A stretch of DNA of 64,000 bases from Myxococcota bacterium (GCA_965250285.1 OZ252299.1:1664001-1728000), one strand, 5' to 3'; positions 37,740-48,303 are shown, numbered from the stretch's first letter. Translations and numbers: made by a program. The notes: generated by a model not told the origin, from the letters alone.

Positions 37740-39950
37740 TCAGTAGAGCACCCGGTAGGCGTGCAGGCTGCGCAGGACGCGCTTCACGTAGCTTCGTGTC
37801 TGGTTGTAGGGGATGGACTCGACCCACTCGTCATCGCTCGAGCCCGCCGTCCGGTCCCACGTCGCGACGGCCTCCGGGCCCGCGTTGTAGCTCGCAATGG
37901 ACGACGAGGCCTGACCGCGAAAGAGTCGGGACAGCTCGGTCAGATACTGCGAACCGAGCAGGATGTTCGTTTCGGGCCGGAAGAGATCATCGGCCTCGAA
38001 CGTGCGCAGACCGCGGTCTCGGGCCAGACGCTCGCCCGTCGGCACCATGATCTGCATCAGCCCGCGCGCGCCGACCGGTGAGATGACCTCGGGCCGGTAA
38101 CCGCTCTCTTCGCGCATGATGGCCCAGACCAGCTCGGGCGGAACGCTCTCTCCTTCGGCCGTCGCCGCGTCGACGTAGGGCTCGAACGCCGACGGCCACG
38201 CGTGCCACCAGAGCTCCTCGTGTCCGCGCTGCGGCCCGCCGGCCAGGAGCGCCGTGTACGGGATGACGACGATCTTCTGCGCGGCATGATGATCCCCGGC
38301 TTCGATCAGCAGCTCGGCGAGCTCGAGTCGGTCAGCGAGCCCGCGGGCCTGCCGGCGCATCGCCGCCAGCTCGTCGCGGGCAGCCTCTTCGAGACCGGCC
38401 GCCAGGAGGATGCGCGCACGCTCCGTGGCCGAGGGCGTGAGGCCGCGCGGGCCGGGTGAGAGTCGCTCGTCGGCGGCCGGAGATTGCGTGCGGTCGAGGC
38501 CTTCGGGCTCGAGCTCGACCGCGACCGACGCGCCCGCAGCCAGGCGCGCGGCGCGCTCATTGCGCACGCGCTCGCCGGCGCGCCAGCCGTAGTACGAGAG
38601 CGGGTAGTCGCGGGCGAGCGTGTCGAGCTCGGCGCGTCCGCCCGGCTCGCCGCTGCGTTCGAGGGCGCGCGCGCGCCAGTAGCGGCTGCGCAGTTGACCG
38701 ATCTCGTCGAGCCGGCCGCGCGAGAGCAGCCGGTCGAACTGTTCGATGGCGTCGGCGTCGCGGCCATCGCGATAGGCCGACCACCCGAGCCGCCAGGCCG
38801 CGGCATTGCCCAGCCCGCTGCGGCCGTGACCGAGCGCGATCTCCTCGAACAGCACCCGCGCCTCTTCGTGGAAGTCGCGCCCGTCGAGGAGCAGCGCCGA
38901 GAGATACGTCGCCCGTGCCCGCAGTCGCGGGTGCTCGCGCGCGATTTCCTGAAACGCGTCGATGGCCTCCATCACCTGGCCGGCGCGCGCCATGCTGCGC
39001 GCTCGCCAGATGGGGATGTCGCCCTTCTGGGGCAGCGCTTCGAAGGCGGCGAGGGCTTCGGGGTAGCGGCGCAACCTGAAGAGTGTCTCGGCGCGCCGCG
39101 TGACCACGGCGCGACGGACCGACGCCGAGAGCTCATGACCCAGCGCGATGTCGAAGGCCTCGAGCGCGCCGTCGTTGTCGCGCTGCGCGTAGAGTCGATT
39201 GCCGCGGCGCCGCCAGTAGTCGGCGGTGAGGAACGACTCGCCGAGGAACGTCTCGAGCAGCTCGAGGCGGTGCTGGGCGAGCTTGGCCTCGTCGGTGGTC
39301 GGGTGTGCGTACCAGATGAGCCGGTAGGTGATGGCGGCCTCGGCATCGAGCCCCGAGCGTTCTTCGCTGGCCGCAATCGAGAGCAGCAGCCGCGCCCGCT
39401 CGGCGTCGTCGCGCACCTCACCGAGCGCAGCCGTCCACGCGGCTCGGGCGCCCTCTTCGTCGTGCATGTCGGCGAGCGCCTCGCCGAGCTCGGCATGCAG
39501 CCGGCCGACGAGCCGCGACTGCGCATGCTCCTGCGCTGCTTTGCGCGCGAGCGCGGCCGCGGCCTTCGGCTCGTCGTCTTCGAGCAGAACGCGCACACCG
39601 AGCGCAGCGGCGTGATCGGCGATGATCGGGTGGCGCTGCATGACTTCGACGAGCAGCCAGCGGGCATGGGCGCGATCGCCCGCTTCGAGCGCCTCGATCG
39701 CGGCGCGCAGCGCCTGGGCCGGGTCGGCCAGCCGAGCCTGACTGCGCTCCCGCAGCACGCGATCGGCAGCGGGGCCCTCGAGGCCCAGCGCAGCGATCGG
39801 GCCGACAGGTCGCATCGCGCCCTCGGGTCGCATCGTGTGCGCTGCCGATTCGGTGACGCCGCGCACGTCCTCGGCCACCGCGACCAGCGGATCGGCGACG
39901 ATCAGCGCGGTCCCGACGAGCAGCAGCCCGCTGGCAGCGGTTCGAATCAT
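37740..39950 (-). CDS. Slt70-like lytic transglycosylase with TPR region
   Basis: Signal peptide; YWRAR, YPLSYYG, IMREESGY, SPVGARGLMQIM, ASYNAG, ESIPY..TRSYVK. Confidence 0.92.
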   Translation of the reverse strand: MIRTAASGLLLVGTALIVADPLVAVAEDVRGVTESAAHTMRPEGAMRPVGPIAALGLEGPAADRVLRERSQARLADPAQALRAAIEALEAGDRAHARWLLVEVMQRHPIIADHAAALGVRVLLEDDEPKAAAALARKAAQEHAQSRLVGRLHAELGEALADMHDEEGARAAWTAALGEVRDDAERARLLLSIAASEERSGLDAEAAITYRLIWYAHPTTDEAKLAQHRLELLETFLGESFLTADYWRRRGNRLYAQRDNDGALEAFDIALGHELSASVRRAVVTRRAETLFRLRRYPEALAAFEALPQKGDIPIWRARSMARAGQVMEAIDAFQEIAREHPRLRARATYLSALLLDGRDFHEEARVLFEEIALGHGRSGLGNAAAWRLGWSAYRDGRDADAIEQFDRLLSRGRLDEIGQLRSRYWRARALERSGEPGGRAELDTLARDYPLSYYGWRAGERVRNERAARLAAGASVAVELEPEGLDRTQSPAADERLSPGPRGLTPSATERARILLAAGLEEAARDELAAMRRQARGLADRLELAELLIEAGDHHAAQKIVVIPYTALLAGGPQRGHEELWWHAWPSAFEPYVDAATAEGESVPPELVWAIMREESGYRPEVISPVGARGLMQIMVPTGERLARDRGLRTFEADDLFRPETNILLGSQYLTELSRLFRGQASSSIASYNAGPEAVATWDRTAGSSDDEWVESIPYNQTRSYVKRVLRSLHAYRVLY

Positions 39951-40245
39951 GCTCCTCCACACCCCGGAGCGGCGCATCGACGTTCGGTCGCGCGGCCGCG
40001 TCGCGATCCCGACCTCGATCCTGCGGACCATGAGACCGGGTGCATGCGTTACTTTAGACGTTCATCCCCCCGAAGCACGTGACTCGCGCCCGACGCGCAC
40101 CGCCCGTTCGTCATCCGCGATCCCGACCGATCGGGAACCCCAGAGACGACCGCGAAGCGGTGACGATGAAAAGGCGCCGCACCTCATCGAGAGGGACCTC
40201 GACGTGATTCCGTTCCATCTGAACATCGCCCTTTTCGAGAGCAGC

Positions 40246-41592
40246 TTGAGCGCACGTCCGACGTGGATCGCCCTCACCTGTGCGGCGTTGCTGCTCGCTT
40301 GCGGAGAAGCTGCGGATCCGGGCGCCACGGCCGGGCCCGATGGAGCCGCCGCCGTCGTCGAAGTCGAAGCGGAAGCGCTCGCGCCGGTCTCGCTCCCGGC
40401 GCCCCACTCTGAGCCCGCCGGCCCTTCGCTCGAACGCTCGACCCGACCCCGGGGTCTGTGGGTGCTCGCCGAGGGCAGCGAGCGCGTGCTCGACGACCCG
40501 GCCAAGGTCCCCGCGCTCGTCGACCACGCGGTGGCGCTCGGCGCGACGGATCTCTTCGTGCAGGTGTATCGAGGCGGTCGCGCCTGGTACGACGCCACGC
40601 TCGCCGACCCGACGCCGTTCAAGGCGGTGCATGACGCGACGGGCGTCGATCCCCTGGCCGACCTGCTCGAGCGCGCGCATGCAGCCGGGCTCAAGGTGCA
40701 CGCGTGGGTCAACGTGCTGTCGCTCTCGCAGAATCGCGATGCCCCGATCATCGACGAGTTGGGTCGCCAGTCGATCCTCGTCGATCGGCGCGGCCGCTCG
40801 ATGCTCGACTACCCGGCCCTCGAGCTTCCCGACCCTGATCGCGGCTGGTACCGGATGGGCACGCGAGGCGTCTACCTCGACGCGGGGGCGCCGGGCGTGC
40901 GTGACCGGCTGACGTCCGTCTTCGAAGAGCTGATCGTCCGCTACCCGACCCTCGACGGCCTGCACCTCGACTACATCCGGCACCCGGGCGCGCTGCCGTT
41001 CGTGCCGGGCTCGCGCTTCGGGGTCGGCATCGACTTCGGCTACGGCGCCGGCACGCGCGCGCGCTTTCGCGAGGAGACGGGCGTCAACGGGCCGTACGCC
41101 ACCCCCGACGAGCCAGCGACGAGCAAGATCGTTCACGCGCACCGCTGGGACGACTGGCGCCGAGCGCAGGTCACCGAGCTGGTGCGATCGATCCGCGAGC
41201 AGACGCAGATCGTCAAGCCCGACCTCGTGATCTCGGCTGCCGTGAACAGCTACGTCGATCGCGCCTACCTGAGCCTGGCGCAGGATTGGAAGCGCTGGCT
41301 CGAAGAGGGGCTGATCGATCTCGCGATCCCGATGGTCTACACGCTCGACGATCGGCTGCTGCGCTATCAGCTCGATCACTTCGCGACCGCGCCCGACCAC
41401 GAGCGCGTCTGGCCGGGCATCGGCGTGTGGCTCCACGCGCGCCGACCCGGCGAGGCGATCGAGCAGATCGGCATCGCTCGCGAGGCCGGTGCCCCCGGCG
41501 AGGTGCTCTTCTCGTACGACTCGATCGTCGCGGCGCCGGGTCTGCAGGCCGCGCTCGAGGAGGCCGCGCAGTCGGACGTCGCCGCTCGATGA
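40246..41592 (+). CDS. GHL10/DigH(YddW)-like glycoside hydrolase lipoprotein
   Basis: Lipobox LLAC; RGLWV, FVQV, DPL, KVHAWVN, DGLHLDYIR, QDWKRW, PMVY; start uncertain. Confidence 0.82.
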   Translation: MSARPTWIALTCAALLLACGEAADPGATAGPDGAAAVVEVEAEALAPVSLPAPHSEPAGPSLERSTRPRGLWVLAEGSERVLDDPAKVPALVDHAVALGATDLFVQVYRGGRAWYDATLADPTPFKAVHDATGVDPLADLLERAHAAGLKVHAWVNVLSLSQNRDAPIIDELGRQSILVDRRGRSMLDYPALELPDPDRGWYRMGTRGVYLDAGAPGVRDRLTSVFEELIVRYPTLDGLHLDYIRHPGALPFVPGSRFGVGIDFGYGAGTRARFREETGVNGPYATPDEPATSKIVHAHRWDDWRRAQVTELVRSIREQTQIVKPDLVISAAVNSYVDRAYLSLAQDWKRWLEEGLIDLAIPMVYTLDDRLLRYQLDHFATAPDHERVWPGIGVWLHARRPGEAIEQIGIAREAGAPGEVLFSYDSIVAAPGLQAALEEAAQSDVAAR

Positions 41593-42752
41593 CATCCGTG
41601 TCGGATGCCGAGGCCCTGATCGCCGCGTACGACTACGAACTGCCCGAAGAGCTGATCGCTCAGCATCCGCCCGAGCGGCGTGAGGCGGCGCGTCTGATGC
41701 GCGTCGACCGCGAGGCGGGTGCCCTGCGCGACGGCGAGGCGGGTGCCCTGCGCGACGGCGAGGCGTCGCGCGTCGACGATCTCGATCGCTGGCTCGAGCC
41801 CGGTGATCTGCTCGTGGTCAATGCCACGCGCGTGATCCCGGCCCGCCTGCGCGGCCGCAAGGCCAGTGGCGGTCGCTGCGAGGCGCTGCTGCTCGACCCG
41901 ACGCCGCACTTCGAAGCCGACGACACGCGACCCCGTTGGCGGGCGCTCGTGCGCAGCTCGGGCCGCCTGCGCGCGGGGCTGCGCTTCGAGTTCGGGCCCG
42001 CCCCTTCGGTGGCCGCCTGCGAGCTCGTCGCGGTCGAGGACGGCGGCATCGTCGTGCTCGCGTTCGAGGCCGAGGCCGACCCCCTCGCCCACGGCGAGGC
42101 ACCGCTCCCGCCGTACATCCGTCGGCCCGAGGACGAACTCGACGCCGAGCAGCGCCGCGCCGACCTCGAGCGCTACCAGACCGTGTACGCGCGCGCCCCG
42201 GGCGCGGTCGCTGCGCCCACGGCCGGGCTGCATCTCACCGACGCGCTGCTCGCGCGTCTCGCCGACCGTGGCGTCGGCTGCGAGGAGGTCGTGCTGCACG
42301 TCGGCATCGGTACGTTCCGACCGCTTCGACCCGAGGACGTCGAGGCGGGTCGTCTGCACACCGAGCCCTACGAGCTGCCCGAGAAGACGGCCGACGCCAT
42401 CGCGCGCACGCGCGCCGCGGGCGGGCGGGTCGTCGCGGTCGGGACGACGACGACCCGCGTGCTCGAACACTGCGCCGACGGGCATGGGGGCGTCCGGCCC
42501 GGCCACGGCGAAACCGAGCTGTTCCTCAAGCCCGGCGACGAGATTCGCGTCGTCGACGGCTTGCTCACCAACTTCCACCTGCCCGGCTCTTCGTTGCTGA
42601 TGCTCGTGGCGGCCTTCATCGGCTTCGACGCGATGCGCGCCGCCTACGCGCAGGCCGTCGAGGAGCGCTACCGGTTCTTCTCGTACGGGGACGCGATGCT
42701 GATCCTGCCCGGGCTGGCCGAGCGCAGCGCCGCCCTCAGGAGCGCGTCGTGA
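41589..42752 (+). CDS. queA: S-adenosylmethionine:tRNA ribosyltransferase-isomerase
   Basis: YDYELPEELIAQHP, NATRVIPARL, PLPPYI, YQTVYA, AAPTAGLH, AVGTT, TNFHLP, FSYGDAM. Confidence 0.96.
   Translation: MTSVSDAEALIAAYDYELPEELIAQHPPERREAARLMRVDREAGALRDGEAGALRDGEASRVDDLDRWLEPGDLLVVNATRVIPARLRGRKASGGRCEALLLDPTPHFEADDTRPRWRALVRSSGRLRAGLRFEFGPAPSVAACELVAVEDGGIVVLAFEAEADPLAHGEAPLPPYIRRPEDELDAEQRRADLERYQTVYARAPGAVAAPTAGLHLTDALLARLADRGVGCEEVVLHVGIGTFRPLRPEDVEAGRLHTEPYELPEKTADAIARTRAAGGRVVAVGTTTTRVLEHCADGHGGVRPGHGETELFLKPGDEIRVVDGLLTNFHLPGSSLLMLVAAFIGFDAMRAAYAQAVEERYRFFSYGDAMLILPGLAERSAALRSAS
41711..41765 (+). repeat. In-frame 24-bp tandem duplication in queA
   Basis: cgaggcgggtgccctgcgcgacgg twice, plus cgaggcg (EAGALRDG twice). 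Confidence 0.92.
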
Positions 42753-43891
42753 GCGATTCACCGGCCCGGCTCGAGATCGTCGCGCGCGAAGGCGCCGCCC
42801 GGCGCGGCCGTCTGCATCTGCGCAGCGGGGCGATCGACACCCCCAACTTCATGCCCGTCGCGACGTTCGGCGCCGTGCGGGGCCTCTCGCCCGAGACGCT
42901 CCGAGGGCTCGGGGCGCAGATCCTGCTCTCGAACACGTATCACCTGCACGAGCGCCCGGGCGAGGACGTGGTCGGCGGGCTCGGCGGGCTGCACGGCTTC
43001 ACGGGCTGGGACGGGCCGTGGCTCACCGACAGTGGCGGGTTCCAGATCACGTCGCTGGCCGATCGCATGAAGATCGACGAGGGCGGGGTCACGTTCACCT
43101 CGCCTCTCGACGGCGCCCGCCGCAAGCTCAGCCCTGAGAGCGCGATCGGCATCCAGGAGAAGCTCGGCGCCGACATCGCCATGCTGCTCGACGAATGCCT
43201 GCCGCCGGTCGACGAGCACGGCGATGCCGCGACGCAGCGCCGCCGCATGGCGTCGGCGATGCAGCGCACGCTGCGCTGGGCCGAGCGGGCGAAGGAGGCC
43301 CGTCGACGCCCGGATCAGGCGGTCTTCGCGATCATCCAGGGCGGGGTCGACACGACGCTGCGCACCGAGAGCGCCGAAGCGACGCGCGCGCTCGGGTTCG
43401 ACGGACACGCGCATGGCGGTCTCGGGCTCGGCGAGAGCCGCGCCGCCCGCAGTGACATGATCGAGACGGCCCACGCCGCCCTGCCCGAGGCGCCGCCTCG
43501 CTACCTGATGGGGCTCGGCCGACCCGTCGACCTCCTTGACGGCATCGCCGCGGGCGTCGATCTGTTCGACTGCGTGGTGCCGACCCGCAACGGGCGCCAC
43601 GGCGTGCTCTTCACGAGCGAGGGGATCCTGCCGCTCAAGAGCGCGCGCTACGCCTCGGACGACCGGCCGATCGATCCCGCGTGCGACTGCCCCGCCTGCC
43701 GAGATCACTCCCGCGGCTACATTCGGCATCTCCTCAAGATCGGAGAATCGCTGGGAAGTCAGCTATGTGCGGCGCATAACCTCCGGCACTACCTGAGTTT
43801 GATGGAGCGCGCGCGGGCCGCGATCAGCGACGGATCGTTCGAGGCGCTTCGACGCCAGGTCGAGGCGACGAGCGAGCGGCGGCTCGAGTAG
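42749..43891 (+). CDS. tgt: tRNA-guanine transglycosylase
   Basis: TPNFMPV, NTYHL, TDSGGFQ, DEC, QGG, YLMG, FDCVVPTRNGR, CDCPAC; GTGA overlap. Confidence 0.96.
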   Translation: MSDSPARLEIVAREGAARRGRLHLRSGAIDTPNFMPVATFGAVRGLSPETLRGLGAQILLSNTYHLHERPGEDVVGGLGGLHGFTGWDGPWLTDSGGFQITSLADRMKIDEGGVTFTSPLDGARRKLSPESAIGIQEKLGADIAMLLDECLPPVDEHGDAATQRRRMASAMQRTLRWAERAKEARRRPDQAVFAIIQGGVDTTLRTESAEATRALGFDGHAHGGLGLGESRAARSDMIETAHAALPEAPPRYLMGLGRPVDLLDGIAAGVDLFDCVVPTRNGRHGVLFTSEGILPLKSARYASDDRPIDPACDCPACRDHSRGYIRHLLKIGESLGSQLCAAHNLRHYLSLMERARAAISDGSFEALRRQVEATSERRLE

Positions 43892-44012
43892 CGGCCCCAC
43901 CCCGCCCCAGCTTGCTCGGAGCGTGCGATCGCAGATCCACTTCCGATCGAACGCATGCTCAAGACGCCCTTCTGCCGGGCCGATGCGTGTGGGCGAAGTG
44001 GAGCCGCACCGC

Positions 44013-45761
44013 ATGCAGCAATCCCATGAACGAGACCTCCGCGCCTCTCTCGCCCGTCTGTCGCTGACGTCGGGGGTCGGGACCGGTGCGGGTGCGTTCC
44101 TGTGCGGGGGCACGGCCTGGGCGCTCGCGAGCGCGACCGGCCTGGCGTGGCTCGCGCTGCTCTGGCTCGCGCTCTCGTGCGCCGCGCTCGGCGCCTGGAG
44201 CCACTGGCAGTCGGTGCGAAGCCAGACGCGGTCGCGGGCCGTATCGAACGTCGTCGAAGGCCTCGGTGAGCACGGTCGACTCGCGGGCCTCGATGTCGAC
44301 GCGCTGCGCGAGATGGGCGATTCGGGCGCCGCGGCGGCCGCGCTCTACGCCGAGCTCGAAGACGTCTCGTCGCGGGTCATCGGCACGATCGAGCGGGTCG
44401 AGGCGCTCCCCGAGCGACTCGACGGGGCGATCGGCCAGATCGCCGAGAGCGCCGGCGCTCAGGAGGAGGCCGTCGAAGAGGCCGCCTCGCTCATGGCCAA
44501 CATCAAGAGCTCGATGAAGAACATCACCGACCGCGTTTCGCAGCTCGAGCGCTCGGCGGAGGAGTCGGCGTCTTCGATTCTCGAGATGGGCAGCTCCGTC
44601 GACGAAGTGGCCCGCAATGCCGCCTCGCTGCACGAGAGCGTCGAAGCCAGCACGTCCTCCGTCCACGAGATGGGCGCCTCGATCCGCCAGGTGGCGGCCG
44701 GCGCCGGTGAGGTGGAGCGCATCGCCGAGGAGACGGCGGGCTCGATGCTCGAGATGGACCGGGTCGTGCAAGAGATCACGGCCAATGCCCGCGAGGCCGC
44801 GCAACTGACCGCCAAGGTGAGTCAGGGGGCCGAGCGCGGCGGCGACGCCGTCGGCGAGACGATCGAGGACATCAAGGCGATCCACGGCCGCACCGAGGAC
44901 GCCCGCGAGGGCCTCGCGACGCTCGTGAATCGCATCGACGAGATCGCCGGCATCCTCGGCGTGATCCGCGAGATCAATGACGAGACGAACCTGCTCTCGC
45001 TGAACGCCGCCATCATCGCCGCCCAGGCGGGTGAGCAGGGCAAGGCGTTCCTCGTCGTCGCGAACCACGTGAAGACCCTGGCCCGGCGGACCGCAGCCAG
45101 TACCCAGGACATCGAGCGGCTGATCTTCGACGTCCAGAAGGAGTCGGTCGCTGCCGTCGAGGCGATGAATGCGGGCGTCGATGTCATCGAGACGGGCGTC
45201 GCGCGCTCGTCCATCGCCGGGGACGCCCTGCAGATGATTCGCGACTCGGCCCGCGAGGCCAGCGAGCGCGTCGAAGGCATCGCCCGCTCGACCGACGAGC
45301 AGGCGCGTGCTTCGAAGCTCGTGGCCAACGCGGCGCAGGAGACTTCGAGCCAGGTGCGCCAAATCTCCCAGGCGATGGGCGAGCAGAGCAAGGTCAGCGA
45401 GCAGATGCTGCAGTCGAGCGAAGCGGCGCTCGAGATGTGCCGCCACGTGCACCGCTCCACCGACGAGCAGCGCGACACCGGGCGCTACATCACCGATGCG
45501 ATCGCGAACATCACCGAGATGATCCGCGTGATTCGCGAGCACACGGGCAACCACTCGACGGCCAGCGACGCGGTGCGCGACTCGGTGATGCGACTGCTGG
45601 AGAACGCTCAGCGCAGCGCCGAGCGAGTGCCCGAGATCGGTGAGATGCTCGCGGAGCTGCGCGACGGTGCGCAGGACATCATCGGCGAGCTGTCGCGCTT
45701 CGGCGACGAAGAGCCCGGCGCCGGAGACGCGCCCGAGCCCGGATCGCCTGCCGAGGCGTAG
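44013..45761 (+). CDS. Methyl-accepting chemotaxis protein
   Basis: Two adjacent TMs, long coiled coil, hairpin TNLLSLNAAIIAAQAGEQGKAF; start uncertain. Confidence 0.9.
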   Translation: MQQSHERDLRASLARLSLTSGVGTGAGAFLCGGTAWALASATGLAWLALLWLALSCAALGAWSHWQSVRSQTRSRAVSNVVEGLGEHGRLAGLDVDALREMGDSGAAAAALYAELEDVSSRVIGTIERVEALPERLDGAIGQIAESAGAQEEAVEEAASLMANIKSSMKNITDRVSQLERSAEESASSILEMGSSVDEVARNAASLHESVEASTSSVHEMGASIRQVAAGAGEVERIAEETAGSMLEMDRVVQEITANAREAAQLTAKVSQGAERGGDAVGETIEDIKAIHGRTEDAREGLATLVNRIDEIAGILGVIREINDETNLLSLNAAIIAAQAGEQGKAFLVVANHVKTLARRTAASTQDIERLIFDVQKESVAAVEAMNAGVDVIETGVARSSIAGDALQMIRDSAREASERVEGIARSTDEQARASKLVANAAQETSSQVRQISQAMGEQSKVSEQMLQSSEAALEMCRHVHRSTDEQRDTGRYITDAIANITEMIRVIREHTGNHSTASDAVRDSVMRLLENAQRSAERVPEIGEMLAELRDGAQDIIGELSRFGDEEPGAGDAPEPGSPAEA

Positions 45762-45788
45762 CGCCGCGCTGGTGGGCCGAGCACCGCG

Positions 45789-46748
45789 CTACTCGAACGC
45801 CCCTGCCCCTTCGAACGCCACCACGAGCCCGGCCCAGTCCGCCAGGGTGTCGGCCAGCTGCGCCGGTTCGATCCGCATGTACGGCGCCTGATGGGGCCAG
45901 ACGAGCTCGCGCACACGCGCACGCACCGGGTCGAGCACGAGCGCGTCACCGGCGGCGACGACGATGGTGCCCAGCGCGACGACCTCCGGTGCGAGGGCAA
46001 AGGCCAGCCAGGCGATCGCGTGAGCGAGGTGACCGTTGAAGGTGTCGAGCTCGCGCAGCGCATAGGCGTCGCCCGCCCGGGCCGCATCGAGGAGGTGCCG
46101 GGTGGTGATGTGCTCGCGGCCGCCGGCCAGCGTCGTCACCGCGCTGTCGGCGGGAGCCTCGACGCGGAGGCGCGCGGCCCAGGCCGCTCCCCCGACATAC
46201 GCCTCGAGGCAGCCGTGCAGGCCGCAGGCGCAGGTCGCGCCACCGGCGACCAGGGGGACGTGGCCCAGCTCGCCGGCGGTGCCCATTCGGCCTCGATGCA
46301 GCCGGCCGCCGAGGATCAGACCGCCGCCCACCCCCGTCGACATCGTGAGGTAGACGAAATCCTGGGTGCCCCGGCCGGCGCCCATCCGCCATTCGGCGAG
46401 GGCCGCCGCATTGGCGTCGTTCTCGAGGTGCACCGCGCAGCCGAAGGCCTCCTCGATCCAGGCCCGCAGCGGCACCTCCCCCCACCCGCGCAGATTCGGT
46501 GGATGCATCACCCGCCCGCTCGCTGCATCGATCGGGCCGGGAACGGACAGGCCAATGTCGGTCAGATCGGCCCGGCTTCGACCCGCGTCTGCGAGGAGCG
46601 CGTCGATCTGGCCGACGATCGCGTCGAAGTCGCTGCGCGGCTCACCGGTATCGGGCGTGGGATGCCGCGCAGTGGCGTCGAGCGCATCGAGCCCCTCCGC
46701 GAGGGCCAGCGCGATCTTGGTCCCGCCGATGTCGATGCCGAGCCGCAC
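45789..46748 (-). CDS. ROK family kinase (glucokinase-like)
   Basis: GIDIGGTK, ENDANAAALAE, STGVGGG, GELGH, CACGLHGCLE. Confidence 0.92.
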   Translation of the reverse strand: MRLGIDIGGTKIALALAEGLDALDATARHPTPDTGEPRSDFDAIVGQIDALLADAGRSRADLTDIGLSVPGPIDAASGRVMHPPNLRGWGEVPLRAWIEEAFGCAVHLENDANAAALAEWRMGAGRGTQDFVYLTMSTGVGGGLILGGRLHRGRMGTAGELGHVPLVAGGATCACGLHGCLEAYVGGAAWAARLRVEAPADSAVTTLAGGREHITTRHLLDAARAGDAYALRELDTFNGHLAHAIAWLAFALAPEVVALGTIVVAAGDALVLDPVRARVRELVWPHQAPYMRIEPAQLADTLADWAGLVVAFEGAGAFE

Positions 46749-46998
46749 GCTGCGCCCGCCCTCCTCGCTGCCTTCTTCGCGCCGCTTCCAGGCGGGCTGC
46801 ATTCGCTGCCATGTCACCGAAAAACCGAGTAGGTGCGGTGGCTTCGGTGATCTGCGTCGCCCAGCTCCCGGACGCGGCGCACGATATCACAGGCCGGTTT
46901 CAGTCCTCGGCCCTTCCTGCCGATGAAAAGGCCCGTGAAGACCGATGTCTTCGCCGATAGATGCCGCCCACCCGCCGCGGGGGCCGCACGAGGAGGGA

Positions 46999-47454
46999 AT
47001 GATGCGAATGGTCTGGCTGCGCCGCGCCCTGGTGGCGATCACCACTCTGACCGTGATCTCGAGCTTCGGCTGCGCCTTCGGTGAGTTCCGACCGGACGAT
47101 CCGTTCAAGCGCCAGTACAGCCTCGAGCTCGCCCAGAAGCGGTACTCCGATCTCGTGCGCTGGTCGAAGTTCGAGGAGGCCGCCCTCTTCGTCGAAGCCG
47201 AGGAGCGCGAGGCCTATCGCAACCGCATGCCCGACTTTCGCGAGGTGCGCTTCACCGAGCACGAGACCGCACCCTGGATGCTCGACGAGGAGATGCGCAA
47301 CGTCGTGATCGAGGTGACGTACCGCGGCTACTCGATGCGCACGCCCATCGAGCTCGAGGTGCACGAGACGCAGACCTGGAGCCGCGAGGGCAAGGGCAAC
47401 GACTGGAAGGTCGTCTCCGAGTTCAAGGATCTGGATCGGCTCGCGAGCAACTGA
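46999..47454 (+). CDS. Hypothetical lipoprotein
   Basis: AGGAGG SD; lipobox SFGC. Confidence 0.75.
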   Translation: MMRMVWLRRALVAITTLTVISSFGCAFGEFRPDDPFKRQYSLELAQKRYSDLVRWSKFEEAALFVEAEEREAYRNRMPDFREVRFTEHETAPWMLDEEMRNVVIEVTYRGYSMRTPIELEVHETQTWSREGKGNDWKVVSEFKDLDRLASN

Positions 47455-47591
47455 GCTCGGCCGACGCGACTCGTCGCGAGAGGCAACGCATGCGTGATGC
47501 CAAGACGATCCTCACCGGCTCGCGGAGGGCCGAGCTCGGCCGACGCGACTCGTCGCGAGAGGCAGCCCGTGCGTGACGCCAAGACGATCCT
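47453..47591 (+). repeat. 60-bp direct repeat (period 79) duplicating the translation start of the REC-PilZ gene
   Basis: gagctcggccgacgcgactcgtcgcgagaggca...tgcgtgaYgccaagacgatcct at 47453-47512 and 47532-47591. Confidence 0.92.
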
Positions 47592-48303
47592 GGTCGTGGA
47601 TGACGTCGCGATGTTTCGCGAGCTCGCTTCGGTGTTTCTCGCGCGCACCGCGCGGGTGCGCGCCGTCGCGAGCGCCGATGAGGCGATCGACGTGCTGCGC
47701 AGTGAGACGATCGACCTCGTCGTCGCCGACCTGCACATGCCCGAGTTCGACGGCGCCGCGCTGTGTCAGCACATCAAGAACGACCCGGCACTGGCCCAGA
47801 CGCCGGTCGTGCTGCTGCTGCGTGCGGGCGACGAAGCCGATCGGCGGCGCGCGGTCGCGGCGGGCGCCGACGACATGCTGTGCAAGCCGCTGCTGCGAGA
47901 GCAGCTGATCTCGGCGACCCGGCACTTCCTCGAGAGTGGACTCACGCGGGGCCTGCCCCGCGTCGACGTGCAGACCCCCGTGCGGATGCGGACGACGCTC
48001 GTTCAGAGCTGGGGCACAGCCCGCAACATTTCGCGCGGCGGCATGCTCGTCGAGACCGACTGCGAGTTCATCCCCAAGACCGAGCTCGAGCTCGACTTCA
48101 TGCTGCCGACCAGTCGTCAGCAGATGAAGCCGCTCGCGCAGGTGGTCTGGAGTCACGAATCGGACGACCTCCGCATCACGAGCCACGGCCTGCGCTTCCT
48201 GCAGGTCGACGAGAACACGATGCGCGAGCTCGACGACTTCATCGTTCACCATGCTCCGACTTCGGTCAGTGATGCCGGCGGAGCCCTGGAGGAGACGGCA
48301 TGA
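47569..48303 (+). CDS. Response regulator receiver plus PilZ domain protein
   Basis: VVDD, ADLHMP, KP; PilZ RGLPR (RxxxR) and NISRGG. Confidence 0.9.
   Translation: MRDAKTILVVDDVAMFRELASVFLARTARVRAVASADEAIDVLRSETIDLVVADLHMPEFDGAALCQHIKNDPALAQTPVVLLLRAGDEADRRRAVAAGADDMLCKPLLREQLISATRHFLESGLTRGLPRVDVQTPVRMRTTLVQSWGTARNISRGGMLVETDCEFIPKTELELDFMLPTSRQQMKPLAQVVWSHESDDLRITSHGLRFLQVDENTMRELDDFIVHHAPTSVSDAGGALEETA

Noticed and set aside
43769..43796. Second dif-like site (GCGGCGCATAA)
   Set aside because: Only the XerC-like arm is present, with no XerD arm, and it lies inside tgt.
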